Assembly: GCF_003704095.1 (NCBI RefSeq)
Contig: NW_020846568.1
Coordinates: 124,010-188,000, forward strand
Length of the DNA: 63,991 bases
Reading direction: 5' to 3'
Source: Pocillopora damicornis
Lineage: Eukaryota
How positions within the stretch are numbered: the first letter of the stretch is position 1; every line of letters starts with the position of its first letter. This document shows positions 1-14,390 of this stretch, piece after piece. The position numbers and the translations under genes were made by a program. Under the pieces are notes generated by a model. It searched no databases. It was not told where the DNA came from and saw nothing but the letters and a program-made list of their open reading frames with translations.

Positions 1-475
1 AATACAGTAGGCCTTAGTGTGAACTTTTCACCTAAAGTTATACCGAATATCTCCTAAACTTGACCCTAGATCACTAAATGTTTCCATACAGTTCTTGCTC
101 ACCATAATCTTGATCTTGCTCACCATAATTCAGTGAGATTATTTTGTTGTTACTTCACCGCCCAGCGCTAACGTAGCAATGAAAGGATCGCCCTAAGAAG
201 TTTCTTGTCCATTCTTGCTCTCATTCAACTGGTGAACTTGACATTTAAGGAAAAATCTTGAGAGGGCACACCTTCAGAACGTCCGTAATTTCCTTCTCCA
301 CCCTTCGTTCAAGGACTGCAGCTTTAAATCGCGACGACAGTATGTCTGTTACGGCTGTAATCTACCGTGACCTCCTTTCACATTAAGTAACAAGCAGGAA
401 AATGATTACGAAAACTAGTTGATTATTTGATTAAGCTAGCCCTACATCTGAAGTAATTAACCGTCGCCATTCCTC

Positions 476-3400
476 CTAAGGTCTCCATTTAACGTTCCCA
501 ACACCGTGGAATTGTCTTTTAAGTGCTTGGGGGTCCGCCCAGTCTGAGTTAAGGTAACTGTCGTCTTCATCTGTTTCAAGTTTCTATAAGAAAAAAAATG
601 GACTTGTAAATAAATAAAAATGAATGTATGTATTGTATATCAATGACAGAGCTTGACCATTGCCTTCCTGCTTAACATTACCACTCATATTCTCCTCACT
701 GTTCTCTTTACAATTCCTTTGCTACTGACAAGGGGAATTTTTTTGGAAATCAGGTGCTTCTTAAATTGGTAATTATTTCCTTTATCCTCATCACGTTCAT
801 TTCAAATTCAAAAGTAGTACTCTAAGAAGAATTAAAAGCCAGTCACTCTAACATGACAAAATCTGGGTCTGCCAAATGTATGTGAGTAAGTGTTGTATGG
901 TGAAAATTTCCAAAAAAAATCAGATCAGAGATAGTGGCAAGACACACTTTTAGTCCTATACAATAATTATGTATTAACATCTACTTTATTGATCATTCAT
1001 CAAAATTACAAGCTTTTGGCACAGAAAAATATTGTATACTGGGTTCCATAATTTCAAATTTTTTCTTCCTTTGTGTAAAGTGACTTAACTTAAGATTTAG
1101 TAAACACATAAAAGGAAATAAATTTTAAATGTACATGGATGTGAAAACTCACCTTAAGGTCTTCTTGTTTCCTGTAAGCATAAGCCATCATTTGTTTCCG
1201 TTGCTCTTCACTGAACACCGGTTCTCTGCTGGGTGGCCCTTGTCCCTTCTGTAATCAGGAAGAAAAAATTATACCACGCACTTTCACATGTACTACATTC
1301 ACTAACTTTATCGAGAAGTGTACATGTTCAAGAATTGAAAAAAGAAAGAAACAAAAAATCGTATAGAAAAAAAAAATGAAACAAACCAATTATTGTAACA
1401 TACAGTATAGTATCAAACCCATCAGATACATTTATTTACTAAATCATTTCAATGCAGTTCTTAATCAATTCGAAATTGGTATACTTAGTAATTTTAATGA
1501 AAGGGTTCAACTCAGTCAACCCTGCACATAAGACCAGCTGGCCAACCTTCCCCCTCAAACCTACCACCACCCCCACCCCACACCAACACACACACACACA
1601 CAAAGTCACACATCTCAGTGACTACCACCACAGCAGAAGATTCCTTAGCTTCAACTGCATTCACCCTGTGGGCAATTTAAGATATATTTTCTCATTGTTC
1701 ACCTTTTGAAGTTTGGCAATAAGTTTTGTTTTCTCATTTTTCCCAATGAAGTCTTGCAGCTTTTTCCCTCTTTGAAGCTCCTTCCCAGCCCACCACAATT
1801 GGGTAGTGCTTCCATCCAAGACTTGAAGGGAAGCCTGTTAAGGGGGAAGGTACATCACACATGTAAATTCAGTGGAAATGAGAGAGACAAGGGAATTATG
1901 TAATTTTTATTTACTAATTGATGAGAAATAAGAAAATCATACAATCCAAATAATGTCAATTTTGTCATCCACCCCATGTTTAAAAACACTGGTATATATA
2001 ATCAAAAGTAACTAAAAGGAGGAAAAAAAACAACTTTATACTATACTGTACATGATTTTGTTGGGCTTATTGGATGCATCCATACAGTACACAATGCTTG
2101 ATAGCAATTTGCATCATTTTAATCAGCCTGACTTAAATGGAGAATTCCCCTTAATTCATGTAATGTACATGTGTGTAAGAACACAAAAGAAAAAGATTAT
2201 GCTGGGTCAGGGAGTAATCTCATAAGCAGCAGCAGCACTGTTGTAATTTCAACTTTGACTTTGGTAGCTTAATCCATTAACTTGCATGTAGTGCATTCAT
2301 ACACTTTCGCATACATTACTTGTGTTTTTAATACCGGACTAGCTTCACCTGAGTTCCAGATAAATCCTCTTTGTTTTCCAGTTCATGTCTGATAGGATCA
2401 TGGGGAGGTAATCCCATGGGATACACAATCATCACAGCTCCTCTCATTTGATCTAAAGAATCTTTAATAATCTCATCAGTGAGAGAGAGATTTGCTGCCA
2501 CTTGTTCCTAAAATAGGGATAGTGAAATACACACATTTCAAAAATTAATTGAAATCCTTCAATAATTGCTTTATATCAATTGCCCTGAAGTTCGTGAAAC
2601 TCAGCCCCTATGTTACTTTTTCAAGTTTCAAAATCTTAAACATGCAGTATCATAAAATAAAATAAAAAATGATGATGAGTAATATCACATGTTTCATCTG
2701 TGGTCAGAAATACAATACAGTTACCATCACAAATATGTATGTACAGGTAACTACTTGTATCATTTCCAACAAACCTTGGACACTTTAGCCTTTGCTTCTT
2801 TTCTTGTTCTGTTGATGACCTCTGCCATTTTCTCACTGGGTGCTACAGCAAAAAAGGAACGTGATTACATTAATTTATGATACTTGTCTCTATGTACATG
2901 AAATAGAGTATAAACTTGTCATTCAAATATTTACAATATAACATGTTAACTTTGAACTGAATATTTCATGCCATACATGTATCTGTTGTTCAGTAATATA
3001 ATTTATTCTCAGTCTGCATTAGACAGTCACAACTATTGTGGGGTCCTATGTATGGGCAATTCCATGTTATGGACATTACACCCAGAGACCAATTTTTTGG
3101 AAACTAATTTCCTTAAAAAAAACTTATTTTACACAGTTTTAAATTTATAATTATTTTGTTCAAACATTCCTCATGGGGTAATTGACTATCAGCAGTAAAG
3201 AAACTTTCCTTTCTTCAACAGCAGCTGCCAGTATTTTTGTATGAAATTCTGTTACAGACATTACAAAAAAAATCAACCTACAATTTAATGTGTTCACTTG
3301 ACATCAACTTATAGTTTTCCTGTGAATTGACTATTCAGACAAAAATCATTTAATAATAATAAGAACAAAGCTGCTTCATAGCTCTTTAAAATCTAGTTGT

Positions 3401-6286
3401 ATCCCTTATTCTGTGGTTAGATTTTGAGCTTGAGGTAAAACTTGCTGTTATGGACATTACACAATTTTTGTTACTGACATTGGACTGTGAAACTTTGTTT
3501 TACACCAGTATGAATAAAGGAATGTTCTTATTTGTTTATGAACTTTTGATAATTGACTTAATTTCAGAACTGATGAATGTATTCTTAATCAGGCTCAATT
3601 ACAAGTTAACTCTCTCATCTGGTTATGCTGATAACCATAACCTTAATACTACAGTTTGTGAACATGTCACTGTGGTCTGTGGAGTATCCCCTATAGAGCA
3701 TGCTCCTTACAATTCAGTTTTTTGAGCAAGCTCTAACTAGTATTTCTGCTGTTTTTTGGTTCTTGCTTTCTGAGATACAGTGCAGATTAGATTTCTAGTT
3801 TGAGACCAAGTTTTACACTGGAAGAGTCCTTAGGGTTACTGATACTCACAGAGGTTGAAACTAAATTTCTTTGCCAAGTTGTGGAAACTTTTAATTGGCC
3901 TCTGAGGAGCAATATTGGGATATTGTGCACAAAAGCAGAGTCTGTTATGGCCCCATAAAGCTAAAAGGCACTGGACCTTTCAATGTTGCAAGTCTTTCAT
4001 ATATTCAGAGGCTGTTTAAATATCTTTTAAAATAATGTTTTAAAATAACTAGTCAAACTAACTGCTGATTGTTTTAATTACTGAACTTGGATTGCGCTGA
4101 ACTCCTTGTCTGAGAACTATTCATTGAATCTTAAGAAGCCACTATTTCGGAAAGTAACATTGCACTGAACTCACTCAGTATAAATTGACAATTTTCTCTG
4201 TAGTATGAGGACAGTAATTATCATTGCAATGGTCTTTGAAAGTTGAAGTATTGCTTGTTTTAAGACACATTTCTAAAAAATTGAATGTTTTTTTGTCGTT
4301 GTTTTTCTTATCTTTAGATATTTTAAAAGAAGGTACTGGCTCTTGAAATGATTTGTCTCTCAGTAAACTAATAATTCATAGTTAGATGTAAACTTTTTGA
4401 AAATTTATACTCCTCATGTCACCATGGTGTTGCAACTATAAATGCACAGTTGTTGTTGTGGTTATTATTAATAGTGTTATTATTAATAGTGTTTACTTAA
4501 AAGTGCTGTAAACTTGGATGTGATGAATTTGAACAAAATTGGTTTGCATGTAGTATTTATCTCTTCCAAAAGAATTACAGTAATAAAAGTCATTCACTCA
4601 TAATGTACGCAATGTAATTTCCATAACATCATGTCCATAATGTTATGTCCGTAACATAATGTCCATAACATACATGTAAAGTAGGCTTATTTTTTTCTGG
4701 GCCTAGTTGTATAAAGGGTGGATAATGCTATCTAATGGATAAATCGCTATCCAGCAGATGAGTGATAGCAAAACATATAGCATTATCCACCAGATAGAGA
4801 TTTATCCAGTGGATAGCATTATCTGATCTTTCAACAACCAGGGCCTGGAGATTTTCCAGGATTTTGATAATTTACAACACTCAAGTTTGGGCCCCTAAAA
4901 ACTGTAAAAGGAGCCAAGCTTACAAAAATAATTTTAAAAGATTTTCACACACTTATTATTGGACAAAAATAAACAGCCTTTCTTTGCCATTTCCTGTAAA
5001 GTTAACTTTCAGATAACTATTTTTTTATCAATTTAGGGATTCCAAAAATTCTTGATTGGGCTAGATAAGAAATACTTTAAATTTCACCATTTAAGCAGTT
5101 CTAAAATGGAATGACCCACATGAGATGAATTCCATGTATTATGATAGATAAATGTCACTAAAATAGTTTTATCTCTTCAATCTGGTAAAATGCAAAGTTC
5201 AGTTCACATGTACATGTACACTTTAACATTGGTCAATGTAACAATTGCCTTTGATCACTCAAAGGCAACAACCAAATGCAGACAATAGTTCATGTCAAAG
5301 TACCTTTCCCATTCCGTCTGCCAAGTGGGTCCTTACGTTCAATGATACCTCCACTGGGAACACACTCATCCTCCCAATCATCATGGAGATTCAGATCAGA
5401 CAGCTGTTCATCTGCAAGTCCCTGCATGTTGGGTGGAAGGGTTATGCCGTGTTTTGCAAGCTCTTCCATCTCTGAAAGGACATTTTGGACAATCAAGGAC
5501 ATTTTGAAACCGTAACCCTAAGCAATAACACTTCTGTGCTACAAACTGAGCAAGACTTCTCCCATAAAAGACATTTACCCTGTGAGGTTCCACATTTTAA
5601 ATGACTGAGACTGAATGTTTGAATTACAAAATGATAATAATACCAGAACTGGCTCCTTCCAGCTGAAGTAAATTTGGAAATGTACAGAAAAGAGTCAAAA
5701 TTCATTGACAAAGTTCCTTCAAGTGTGTCCTCTAAAACTAGTAATTCCACGGTCAATTTATTGCCTGCTAAAAAAAACTCTTCATTCGAGACGTCTGAAC
5801 GGTACTGGATACATTTTTATTGTGGTTTAAACTGATTTCAGTTCAAAATGACTTTAGCTGAGAATGTATCAGGCACAAAGGTAACAAGCAATTCAGATTT
5901 GAGTGAAACATAGTAACTTAAATGTGTACTAAAAAAATCATTTTTACTTGAATTTTAACCGTATCTACCTACAACGAGGTTTTTTAAACAGATCGTAACG
6001 ATTGCTTCAATATGTATACGCCTATTCCCTTCAAGTGAAATAAAACCGAAGAAAGTTCTAGAAGCAGTGATCAAGAGGAGAAATCAAGTTCAAACCTCCA
6101 CCAAAGATAGAGTACTGTATACTGAGGTCAAATGTGGGTTTCCCTACCGTAAAACAAACGTTCAATTTTTAATCTGCCATTCTGGATCCGAACAATTTGA
6201 GGTATCAGCTCGGAAATTTCTGCTTGGCAAGTTGTTTCGATGAGGAATAGACTCTCATCTCCTTGTTTAATGTGTAATTTCACCAT
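476..6286 (-). CDS. CFAP298: Cilia- and flagella-associated protein 298 (C21orf59/Kurly/FBB18), 7 coding exons, 289 aa
   Basis: Exons 6286-6148, 5471-5304, 2842-2775, 2507-2349, 1834-1703, 1248-1153, 583-476. All introns are GT-AG and the exons total 870 nt in frame. Translation MVKLHIKQGDESLFLIETT...EMEELAKHGITLPPNMQGLADEQ...KDPLGRRNGKAPSEKM...LDQMRGAVMIVYPMGLPPHDPIR..ENKEDLSGTQA...QLWWAGKELQRGKKLQDFIGKNEKTKLIAKLQKKGQGPPSREP...DDSYLNSDWAD...FHGVGNVKWRP* is colinear with human CFAP298 as I recall it. Confidence 0.96.
655..850. mobile_element. Degenerate non-autonomous repeat (MITE-like) in CFAP298 intron 6
   Basis: CATATTCTCCTCACTGTTCTC...CTGACAAGGGGAATT...ATTTCCTTTATCCTCATCAC resembles the internal sequence of the TTAA-flanked MITE family at 23431 and 46131. 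The ends are eroded and the boundaries approximate. Confidence 0.45.
4697..4847. mobile_element. MITE with imperfect terminal inverted repeats in CFAP298 intron 2
   Basis: Ends CTGGGCCTAGTTGT-ATAAAGGGTGGATAATGCTATC and GATAGCATTATCTGATCTTTCAACAACCAGGGCCTG are inverted repeats; internal GGATA/TATCC palindromes. Confidence 0.7.
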
Positions 6287-6512
6287 TTCAAAAGCGAATA
6301 TTGGACACCCTTCACAATCGAAGATGGCGGAAAATATAGCGTTGTACTGTTGCCGTAGATACTATGGAAGCTATACCACAATGCATCATAATTTCGTCAG
6401 GGGACATCTCCTGATGTCATGTATGAAGTACTCCTCAAATCATAATGAATAATCAGGCTCGAAAATTCGATATTTAAATTTTTTTTCCAGAGCGCAGTTA
6501 TTTTTTTAAGCA
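6287..6512. promoter_or_regulatory. Bidirectional promoter between CFAP298 and the WD40 gene, with YY1-like and X-box (RFX)-like motifs
   Basis: Divergent ATGs are only 226 bp apart. AAGATGGCGG (YY1 consensus) at 6321-6330. GTTGCCGTAGATAC (imperfect X-box palindrome) at 6349-6362. Confidence 0.65.
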
Positions 6513-9500
6513 ATGGAAATTCCTTCGTCTTCATCCGAAGTAATGTGCACTGACATAAAAGAAAGATTGGGCTTTCAAGTGGATTTTTCTTGGGGTGTTG
6601 GTTCCTTTCGACAATGTGCAGGATTCCCGGCGCGATTTCTCGACCCACAGGATCAGAACTGCTACTTTACCCCACTTGGTTCCCTTGTAGTTTGCTGGGA
6701 TGTGACAACAAGACAAAGGAAGTACTCTTTTCAAGCCCACAGTGATTTGATTACTGTCATGCTCTATAATTCCCACCTCAACGCCACTCTGACTGCGTGT
6801 TATAGTGGTGAAATTAAACTTTGGAGTCCAAACTGGGAATTGCTCCTCAGCTGTAATGCAACAATTGGAGATGTTCATTTTGCTGACTGGTCAACAAATG
6901 GAAAGCGAATTGTACTCTGTGGCGATAGTATTCTTTCGGATTCTGTTGTGATCGTATTCGACCTGGTTAAGCAGCACGAAAAATGGGAAATTCAAGAAAG
7001 GTGGACGGTATCCCCCAAAACGCACAAATTAGGCACTCAAAGTTCTTGCAGCTCTTTCCAAGAAAAAAAAGGTTCGGGAGACCTCACTGAAACACCTGAA
7101 TCATTCATCAACGAAGGCGAACCAAGCTCTACATATGTAGAGCAGAAAGATTTCTATGACATGGCCATCTTTGCATCACAGAACAATGTTATTGCACTTC
7201 TTCAGAGACACCACAATCATTTCAGTGAAGCTCACCTGTTCTCAGAAACTGGCATTTTCTTGAAATCTCAAGCCCTAGACCCCCTTGGAGATTCGAAAGC
7301 ATCTCTGATGTGTTTGTCACCATGCCACAATGGTATTGTGGCTGTGGGATTTCAGGGAGGAATCTTTCTCCTGCTCCATGAGGCTGATCTGTCAATTGCA
7401 TCATTCCTTCAGGCCACAGGTTCAGCACAGGTTGCACTGTGGCATGAAAACTACCTTCTTGCTGTTTCTTACTTGTCAGGAATTTTTTCCTGGTGGACAA
7501 CCGGAGGAGAACTTGTTCACGAAATTAAAGGAGGCCCTACAAATTCTATTATCCATCTCAACTGGGCAGTACCAGGAAGAGCTCTATGGGTAGGTGGAAT
7601 CATGTCTCTCCATCATCTCTCATTGGAATACAACAACCCTGGAGACCAATTTCCTCACTTTTTAAAGCAGGACCATGACTTAAAATTTCTTGAAGTCACT
7701 GGATGTGGAGTTGCAATGAATGAGAAAAACTTAGTCCTGGCAGGAGATTTCACAGGTAACATCTACATATGGCAAAAGGGTAAAACTGATCCAATATTCA
7801 AAACAAAGCATGAAAGCTCCATCAGATGTCTTACCTGGAACAATGACTATGCTTTCATTGGTTGTTTGGATGGTGATCTTCTAAGATGGTTACCAAATGG
7901 AGATGTTCCTCCATGTACTGCTTTGACTTGTCTTGGTGGCATTTTGACAATGGCTTGGTCACATGATTGCACCAGCTTAGCAATTGGCTTGGACAGTGGG
8001 CATCTGTGCCTTTACATGTTTCAACCAATCAACTCCTCTCAGCCCGAGGAACTCCTAAATTTTAGAGCTCATTTTAGTGAGAGAGAGGGCCAACAGGTGG
8101 CAGCTGAAATCTGGAGTTTGTGTTGGAGTCCATGTTCATCTATGATTGCCACAGCATCTGAGGATCAGACAGCCTGTGTATGGAATTCCTCCAATGGTGA
8201 GTACTGCTTTCTGTTTTCCAAGTGATTATTCAGTGTACTATACAATAAATTCTAGCTTTATAGTAGACAGGCATGGTACATGTTGAAATAAAGCCTTATA
8301 TAACTATATGCACAGCTGCACAATTGTACAAGTATCTTTCAAAGATAATCAGATAAGGATTCTACACAATCAAGCTTCTTTTTTTTCCTTAGCATAATTA
8401 ATTTATAGCTGTTCAAAACAATATGAATCAAAGAAAATTCACACCAAGTCCATCCCCAGGAATATTTTGCTCCCCATCAGTTCTCCCCTTTTATGGCATG
8501 GCCTAATTTATTTTGGTTTAATATATTTCAGTCAAAGATCACTCATTTCAGAAATTACTGACATTACCTCACCTTCATCAATAAGTAATCAGTGATAGTT
8601 GATTGCTAACCAGTCAATGACTATTCGAATGATTGATGCTGATTTTAACACTAGAATAAAATAAGTAACAATAACTAACATCTCATTCAAATGGAGATAA
8701 GTTTATAAAGTGTACTTCCCCTTGCATTCACTGCAAGTAGACACTGATTTTTACTAGAGGTCAGAACCAGCAGAATCCTCTTTGTGTATACTATTTGGTA
8801 TATGAGCATGAAAAACTCTTCACGGAAATGCAAATTTAAATGAATGCAAATTTCAAATTTTAATAAGTCAATGGTTAAACTGCTTAAATTATGCACCTGC
8901 ATAAACATAAATGGATCAATCACTATATCTGAAGGTATTACATGTGATACCCATAGTATGACTATTAAATACAGAAACATTTGTTTTATTGAACATTTTG
9001 TCTTGGTTACTGGTTTTATGAAATGCAATCAATAACATTATGTTCCACCTGCTCGTTATGTAGTGAAAAGCATATGTATATGTATCAAAAGTTATGTTCT
9101 TGTGTTGCTACTTCATGTTGATACATGTAGTTCTCAAATCTACAGTACTGAATAGCATATGAAATCTGAACAGTGAAAAGTTAATATTAAAATATTAATG
9201 TTTCAATAATATATTTACACCTTTAGAAATAACATTAAAGTAGTTAAAAGTGTAGCCATGAACATGGGATATGATGCAATGTGCAAAAATATTGATTTAC
9301 TGCGTACTTTCATTTGTGTGTCTGTATCCTGTGCTTGAGTGGAAAGGACTGATCATTTTATCTGAGCTTTTGCACATATATAAGGTTTAATTTTTTTTGT
9401 TTCATGCTTAATTATAATTTACATACATGTGACATTGAAAGATTATTTCACTTTCTAAACAATGAACACTTTAGTTCCACCTATTGCATTGTTTTAATGA

Positions 9501-10617
9501 TAAATAGTTTTCAAACAACTTGGTTCTGAAAATTCACTGATTATCCTGATGAGTGACCCAATTATATGGTGATTTTTACTGGCTGGTGATTTCTAATATT
9601 TTTAATTAAATAAGGAATTTGCAGGTATGAAACTGGAGATACATGTTTGTTTTTGGGAATCTATCGTTGCCAGTTTGTCAAGTCAGTTTTGTGACTGACT
9701 GGCCACTGGGTCCTTGATTTGTAGTTGTTGCCATTTTTGTGTCCTTAACGACATTTTGTAATATAAATGTATTTGTTCATTGTACAGGTAAATTATTTTC
9801 AATACAACAGATCAGAGAAGTCAAGTTGCTTATCAGTGCTTCTTCTTATTATTCTTTGTTCAAAGCATTTATTTATTTTCTCAAAAATTTGCATTCATTT
9901 GGTAAGCTTTCCCATTCATTGCCATTCAAACTTTCTCATTCAGTTAATTTTCCTATAATTATAGACTGAAATGAGCAATTCAGAATCCAAAATTTTCAGA
10001 TTAAATCCCTGAACCAATCAATAATGGTCTAATTGCAGGGCAGGACATCTTGTCTCTCACTGATGAACATGTTTTGCACAACATACAAAACAAAAACAAA
10101 AGATGAACAGCTATTTTTACTTTAGAGAATTGCAGGGTGTTTTTTTAATTTTTTTGTTCTGAAGAACAGTTATAAATCATCACAATCATTGTATTCTTTA
10201 GGAGTAAAAATCAAAACACTTACTGGGCATACAACAGCTGTGACATCAATTGACTGGAAGGAAATGGCAAATGGGCAGTTGTTATTGGCAACTTGTGCTG
10301 ATGACAGGACAGTGCACTTACGAGATGGCGTTAATTTTGAGATGAAGCATGTCTTTGGCACAAAAGACATCCCAGGATGGTACACACTTACCTACCTGAG
10401 CTTGAACCCCACCAAGCATTGGTGTCTCTGTTCAACGCAGAATGGGCGTTTAGTTCTCTGGGACTGCTTGAGTGGTGAAAGACTTGCATGCAGGAAAATG
10501 CATGCAGGTTCTATTGAAGGATTGGTGTGGAACAATGATTATTCTCTGTGTGCCACTGTTAGTTCAGACTGTGTAGTGAACACATTTAGTGTGGACGAAA
10601 TACAATCAAAATTGTGA
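6513..10617 (+). CDS. WD40-repeat protein (probably a double beta-propeller), 2 exons, 699 aa; no ortholog recognised
   Basis: Exon 1 6513-8196 (donor AATG|GTGAGT), exon 2 10202-10617 (acceptor TTTAG|GAGTA); 2100 nt in frame. Many WD repeats: AHSDLITVM..GEIKLWS, HESSIRCLTW..DGDLLRW, ATASEDQTACVWN, LTGHTTAVTSIDW..ATCADDRTVHL, MHAGSIEGLVW..ATVSSDCVVNTF. The splice joins two repeats seamlessly (WNSSNG-VKIKTLTGH). Confidence 0.9.
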
Positions 10618-13600
10618 TACAAAATTATAAATGCGGTGGACTTTTTCTACCTGTTTTAGTTGGTGTATGTACATGTACACATGTATGATGGTTTAAGATA
10701 TGAAAATCCTGCATAGCCACACATGTTTTATTCATATAACTAATTTATAAGTTACACTTTTCAGCTTCCAAGTTGATAAAGAACGTGTAAATGTTTCCCC
10801 CAACTAAGAGTTTGGTACAGGCTGTGCCATTCTACTCGTCAACCGACACTGTACTATGGTAATTAAAATCTCGAGATATTTTTTTCATTTAGATTATCTA
10901 TTTATTTTGCCAATTTGTTACTAAAATGAATCCGTTAAAGTACAGGAGGAAAAGACAATAATATGGAAATACAGATAAGGCTGATAACCAGGCTTAATAA
11001 GAGAATGTACAATCGCGTGACAGTAGATAAATGCGAAGCCTGAATCAATTAGACATCGAGGGCGAATAATCAATTTTTTTTAGTATAAATCTACTGGCCG
11101 TTCAAAACTTAAGAACAAGACAGGCTCATGTTTTCAATTTGTTTTGCTTTCAACAACCGCGTATTGTTTGTCTATTCATTTTAGTTACTCTCTCTCACAT
11201 GATATACAGTTGTATAGCAAGTAACGTGCGAACCAGATTGCAAAATTATTGATAAAACGTTTTTGGACTTATACTGATACAATTTATAGGACAGACTTAG
11301 ATGAAAAAGCGATTTTTCTGGACGGGTATCATTACTGTTAGTGAAAAGAATCTTGAGAGAACATACGACCGACCCTTGCTGTGCATGCTCAGTTTGCCAT
11401 GTCTAAATAAATCGCCAACTTTCAAAAGGAGTTAAAGGTCATACAAGAAAGAAAAACAAACAAGCGACGTCCTAACTGATCTTTGTATCCTTGAGGAATC
11501 CGACAATATACTACGCGGAATGGTAGAACAACGGCTGAATACTATAAATTACACACTGAGACATAAATTGATAAACAGTAAAAGATGTCATTCGAATTTA
11601 GCTTCCGTCATGGAATATACATTTATTCCGAAATTGATAGCCTTTCAGCTGGGTTGAAAAGCACTTTTCAATATGTCCGTCGAATTTTGGGTGTGAAATG
11701 ACAAGAGAATCGCCGAACGTTTAGCACTCTGTAGATTTTAAGGGAAAAATTTCCTAGTTTAACGCATGTTTGGTCTATGGAAAATGAAAAAAAAATTAAA
11801 TAATGTAAGTTACTAAATCACCCACGTAGGATAAATGCTGTAATCAATTATCCATATGATAAAAATGTAACCATGTAATTAATTCATTCTTTACGCAGAT
11901 AAATGCAATGAGCAGTGTTATGCTTGTCCAAATTGTTTCTTTTTTCCCTCCCAAACAAAGGCGAGGTCTGTTTTACTTTACAAATCTGCGAGAAAGGTAA
12001 GAGCTCTTACGGTTACGTTATAAAAGTAGAAGCGCAGTAAACAAAAAATGCCACATTTCTGCTGCGTTTTCGCGACTCAGTGCAGCATTTTGTGATGTGA
12101 AGTTAGGGTGGCTGACTAGATGTTATATCTACTCTTATTGAGAAAGCTTTTATCTGTACGATTCTGAAACATCTCTTCTCGGTTTGTAGCTCATTCTGTT
12201 TAAACTTGAGCGTTTTTTATGCTGCCTTTTGTCCAAAACAAATGAAAAATTATCTGAAGAATGTTCTTCGCTAGATATTGAAGCAATGCACAGCGTAGCT
12301 GTGGACACGTCAACTCCAGTTCGTTCTTTTAGAAACACGACAAACAATGAATAGGCCAAAGGACGTCGCAGAAACAGTGAGTCCATTGCTCTTACATTGT
12401 CTTCAAATATCTATTAGTTTAGCTGTTAGTATGGTTCAGTATACGTCTGTCTTTTTTGCCTGACCTTCTGTCTTTAATAGTGACTTTTTCTAAAACAGGT
12501 CTGTCAAAAAGATTATTTTATCCAACAACAACTTTTAATTTTCGGTCGCCAAAAAGATTTTACCAGCACTTTTTTCTTTAAAACTTTTTTTCATTCACTT
12601 ATAGCTTTAGGCGCCGCTAATGAATTTTTCAAGAAATTCTAATAGCCTTTCAGCATGGCTGAAAAGCACTTACTGTAACCATGATACCGCATTCAGTTGA
12701 ATTTAGACTTAAAATGAGACTGAAATGAATCACCAAATAGCTAAATAGCTATCGGCACGTTCTAAGAGACATTTTCATAGTTTGGTGCATTTAAAGTCAA
12801 CAGGATGCGGCACTGGAAATGTATGTAAATTTCTGATTCTCTTTTGTGGAGTAAAATGCAATGAAGGGTGTCATGCACGCGGAAATTCATTGTTGATTTT
12901 TTTTTTCAAAATATACAGGTAGTAAAGGTTTGTCTAACCGGAAAACTCAGCGGGAACGGTCTGAGCTCTCACATTTTTTCGGGTGTTGAAACATGCTAAA
13001 CGAAAGCTAATCAGAGGAAAAAATGTATTTTCTGACATGGTTTCGCAACAAAGGAAAGAAACTCAGGGAAGAAGTTTAGATTCCAAAGAGTCGTCTGCTC
13101 TCTTACAGTCAACCAACCTCATTTTTTTCCGCCTCTCATTTAGAGTTGAAAGGGCTTTGTTTGGACGGTTTTTAAAACATTTCTTCCTGGTTTGTAACAC
13201 CTTAAACTTAAGTTCGCACCTTTATTTCGATCTTTTTTCAAAGCTTCCCTTCTGACATACACATAAAAAAAAAATCTTGTGAAAATTATTTGTCCTGCAC
13301 AGAAACAATTTCTAACATGTTTGCATGGCAACCTCGAAGGACTGAGAGGCAGGAGACACGCGAGGGCAGGTGGCTGAAAGGGAGAAGGGCTCATTCGTCC
13401 ACGAACGGAAACGAATGAGGCATTACGATCGGTCAGTTATCTGTCACTCAAAGCGAATGATGAAAACAGATCGATCTGAGTTCAAATCAGATATTCGATC
13501 GGTTCAAATAGGAACGGAGTCGCTCTCGAAGAGATCTGAATTTTCTCCACGAAAATTTCGTAAGTTTGATTTCGTTGTTATTTAGTACAATTTTGATATT

Positions 13601-14234
13601 ATTTTTATCGGCAAGGGGTAAAGATATTCTAGAAGTAGAGACATTCTCCCCAGGAGATTTTTCACTTTGGGCCTTTAAGCCTGAATATCCGTCATATCTT
13701 TTCTCCCAACACACTTGGTGCAGACTTATTTCTTTTCCTAGAGTCTTGATGAGTACCTCTCGCATCAGGTATACCGAGACACCTAAGGTCCATCTTTGAG
13801 GCTACTTATCTTGGATATTTTCCTGTCAAAGGAATTTCGAATGTGGTTTCAATAGTTCTCTTATGCCATACCGATAAACATGACAAATAATCATTCAGTT
13901 CCAGACGTTAAAAATTTGTCCTGCTGATAAATTTATTGGCGGTTTCACTTTTCACCGGAAGGTAATAACAAAGGTGCCTCAGATGACAGTTGACGTAACA
14001 AGTAATTCGCTGAGGGAGCGGAAATGTGGTACGTCTGCGCTCAGCAGCGAACTGTCCCTTTCCTTTCCTCCCCCTCGTCTGCCTTTGTTATTTTTGCTCT
14101 CTTGAGCCTCTTGCCTCTGCTACAAGACTTACCGTTTGTCTGAAAGGAAATGGAAAAGACTGATGCAGACTTGTGAATAGTGGGGTTAAGAATGTTTTAT
14201 CGCTGGTCTGTTATTAGGATGTCAAAGGGGATAA

Positions 14235-14390
14235 TTTTCTGAAGAAACTGTGTTGCTGCGTCGGCGTGGGATATTATTAGATACTTTGTTTTTGCATGAT
14301 AAAGTGAGTTGATATTGTAAATAATGTAAATTGGCCACCGTAAAGAGCTCCTAGAGCTGACTTTTCGAGCGTTAGCCCTTCGTCCAAGCG
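14235..14390. repeat. Dispersed repeat (family R1) carrying a degenerate hammerhead-like core on the minus strand
   Basis: GAAACTGTGTTGCTGCGTCGG...AGTTGATA...AAATTGGCCACCGTAAAGAG...AGCTGACTTTTCGAGCGTTAGCCCTTCGTC. Homologous segments at 15090-15290, 15935-16022, 36885-37055, 38720-38773 and 40205-40425. Confidence 0.75.

Noticed and set aside
6531-7593. ORFs 6531-6878(-), 7222-7500(-) and 7330-7593(+)
   Set aside because: Shadow frames of the WD40 exon with no recognisable motifs.
8197-8225. ORF-track C-terminus EYCFLFSK* of the 570-aa ORF
   Set aside because: Read-through into the intron. A strong GTGAGT donor at 8197 joins in frame to the 10202 exon.
12150-13800. Several 70-92 aa ORFs on both strands
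   Set aside because: No domain similarity and no consistent splice chain. Could be UTR, lncRNA or decayed TE; not supportable.
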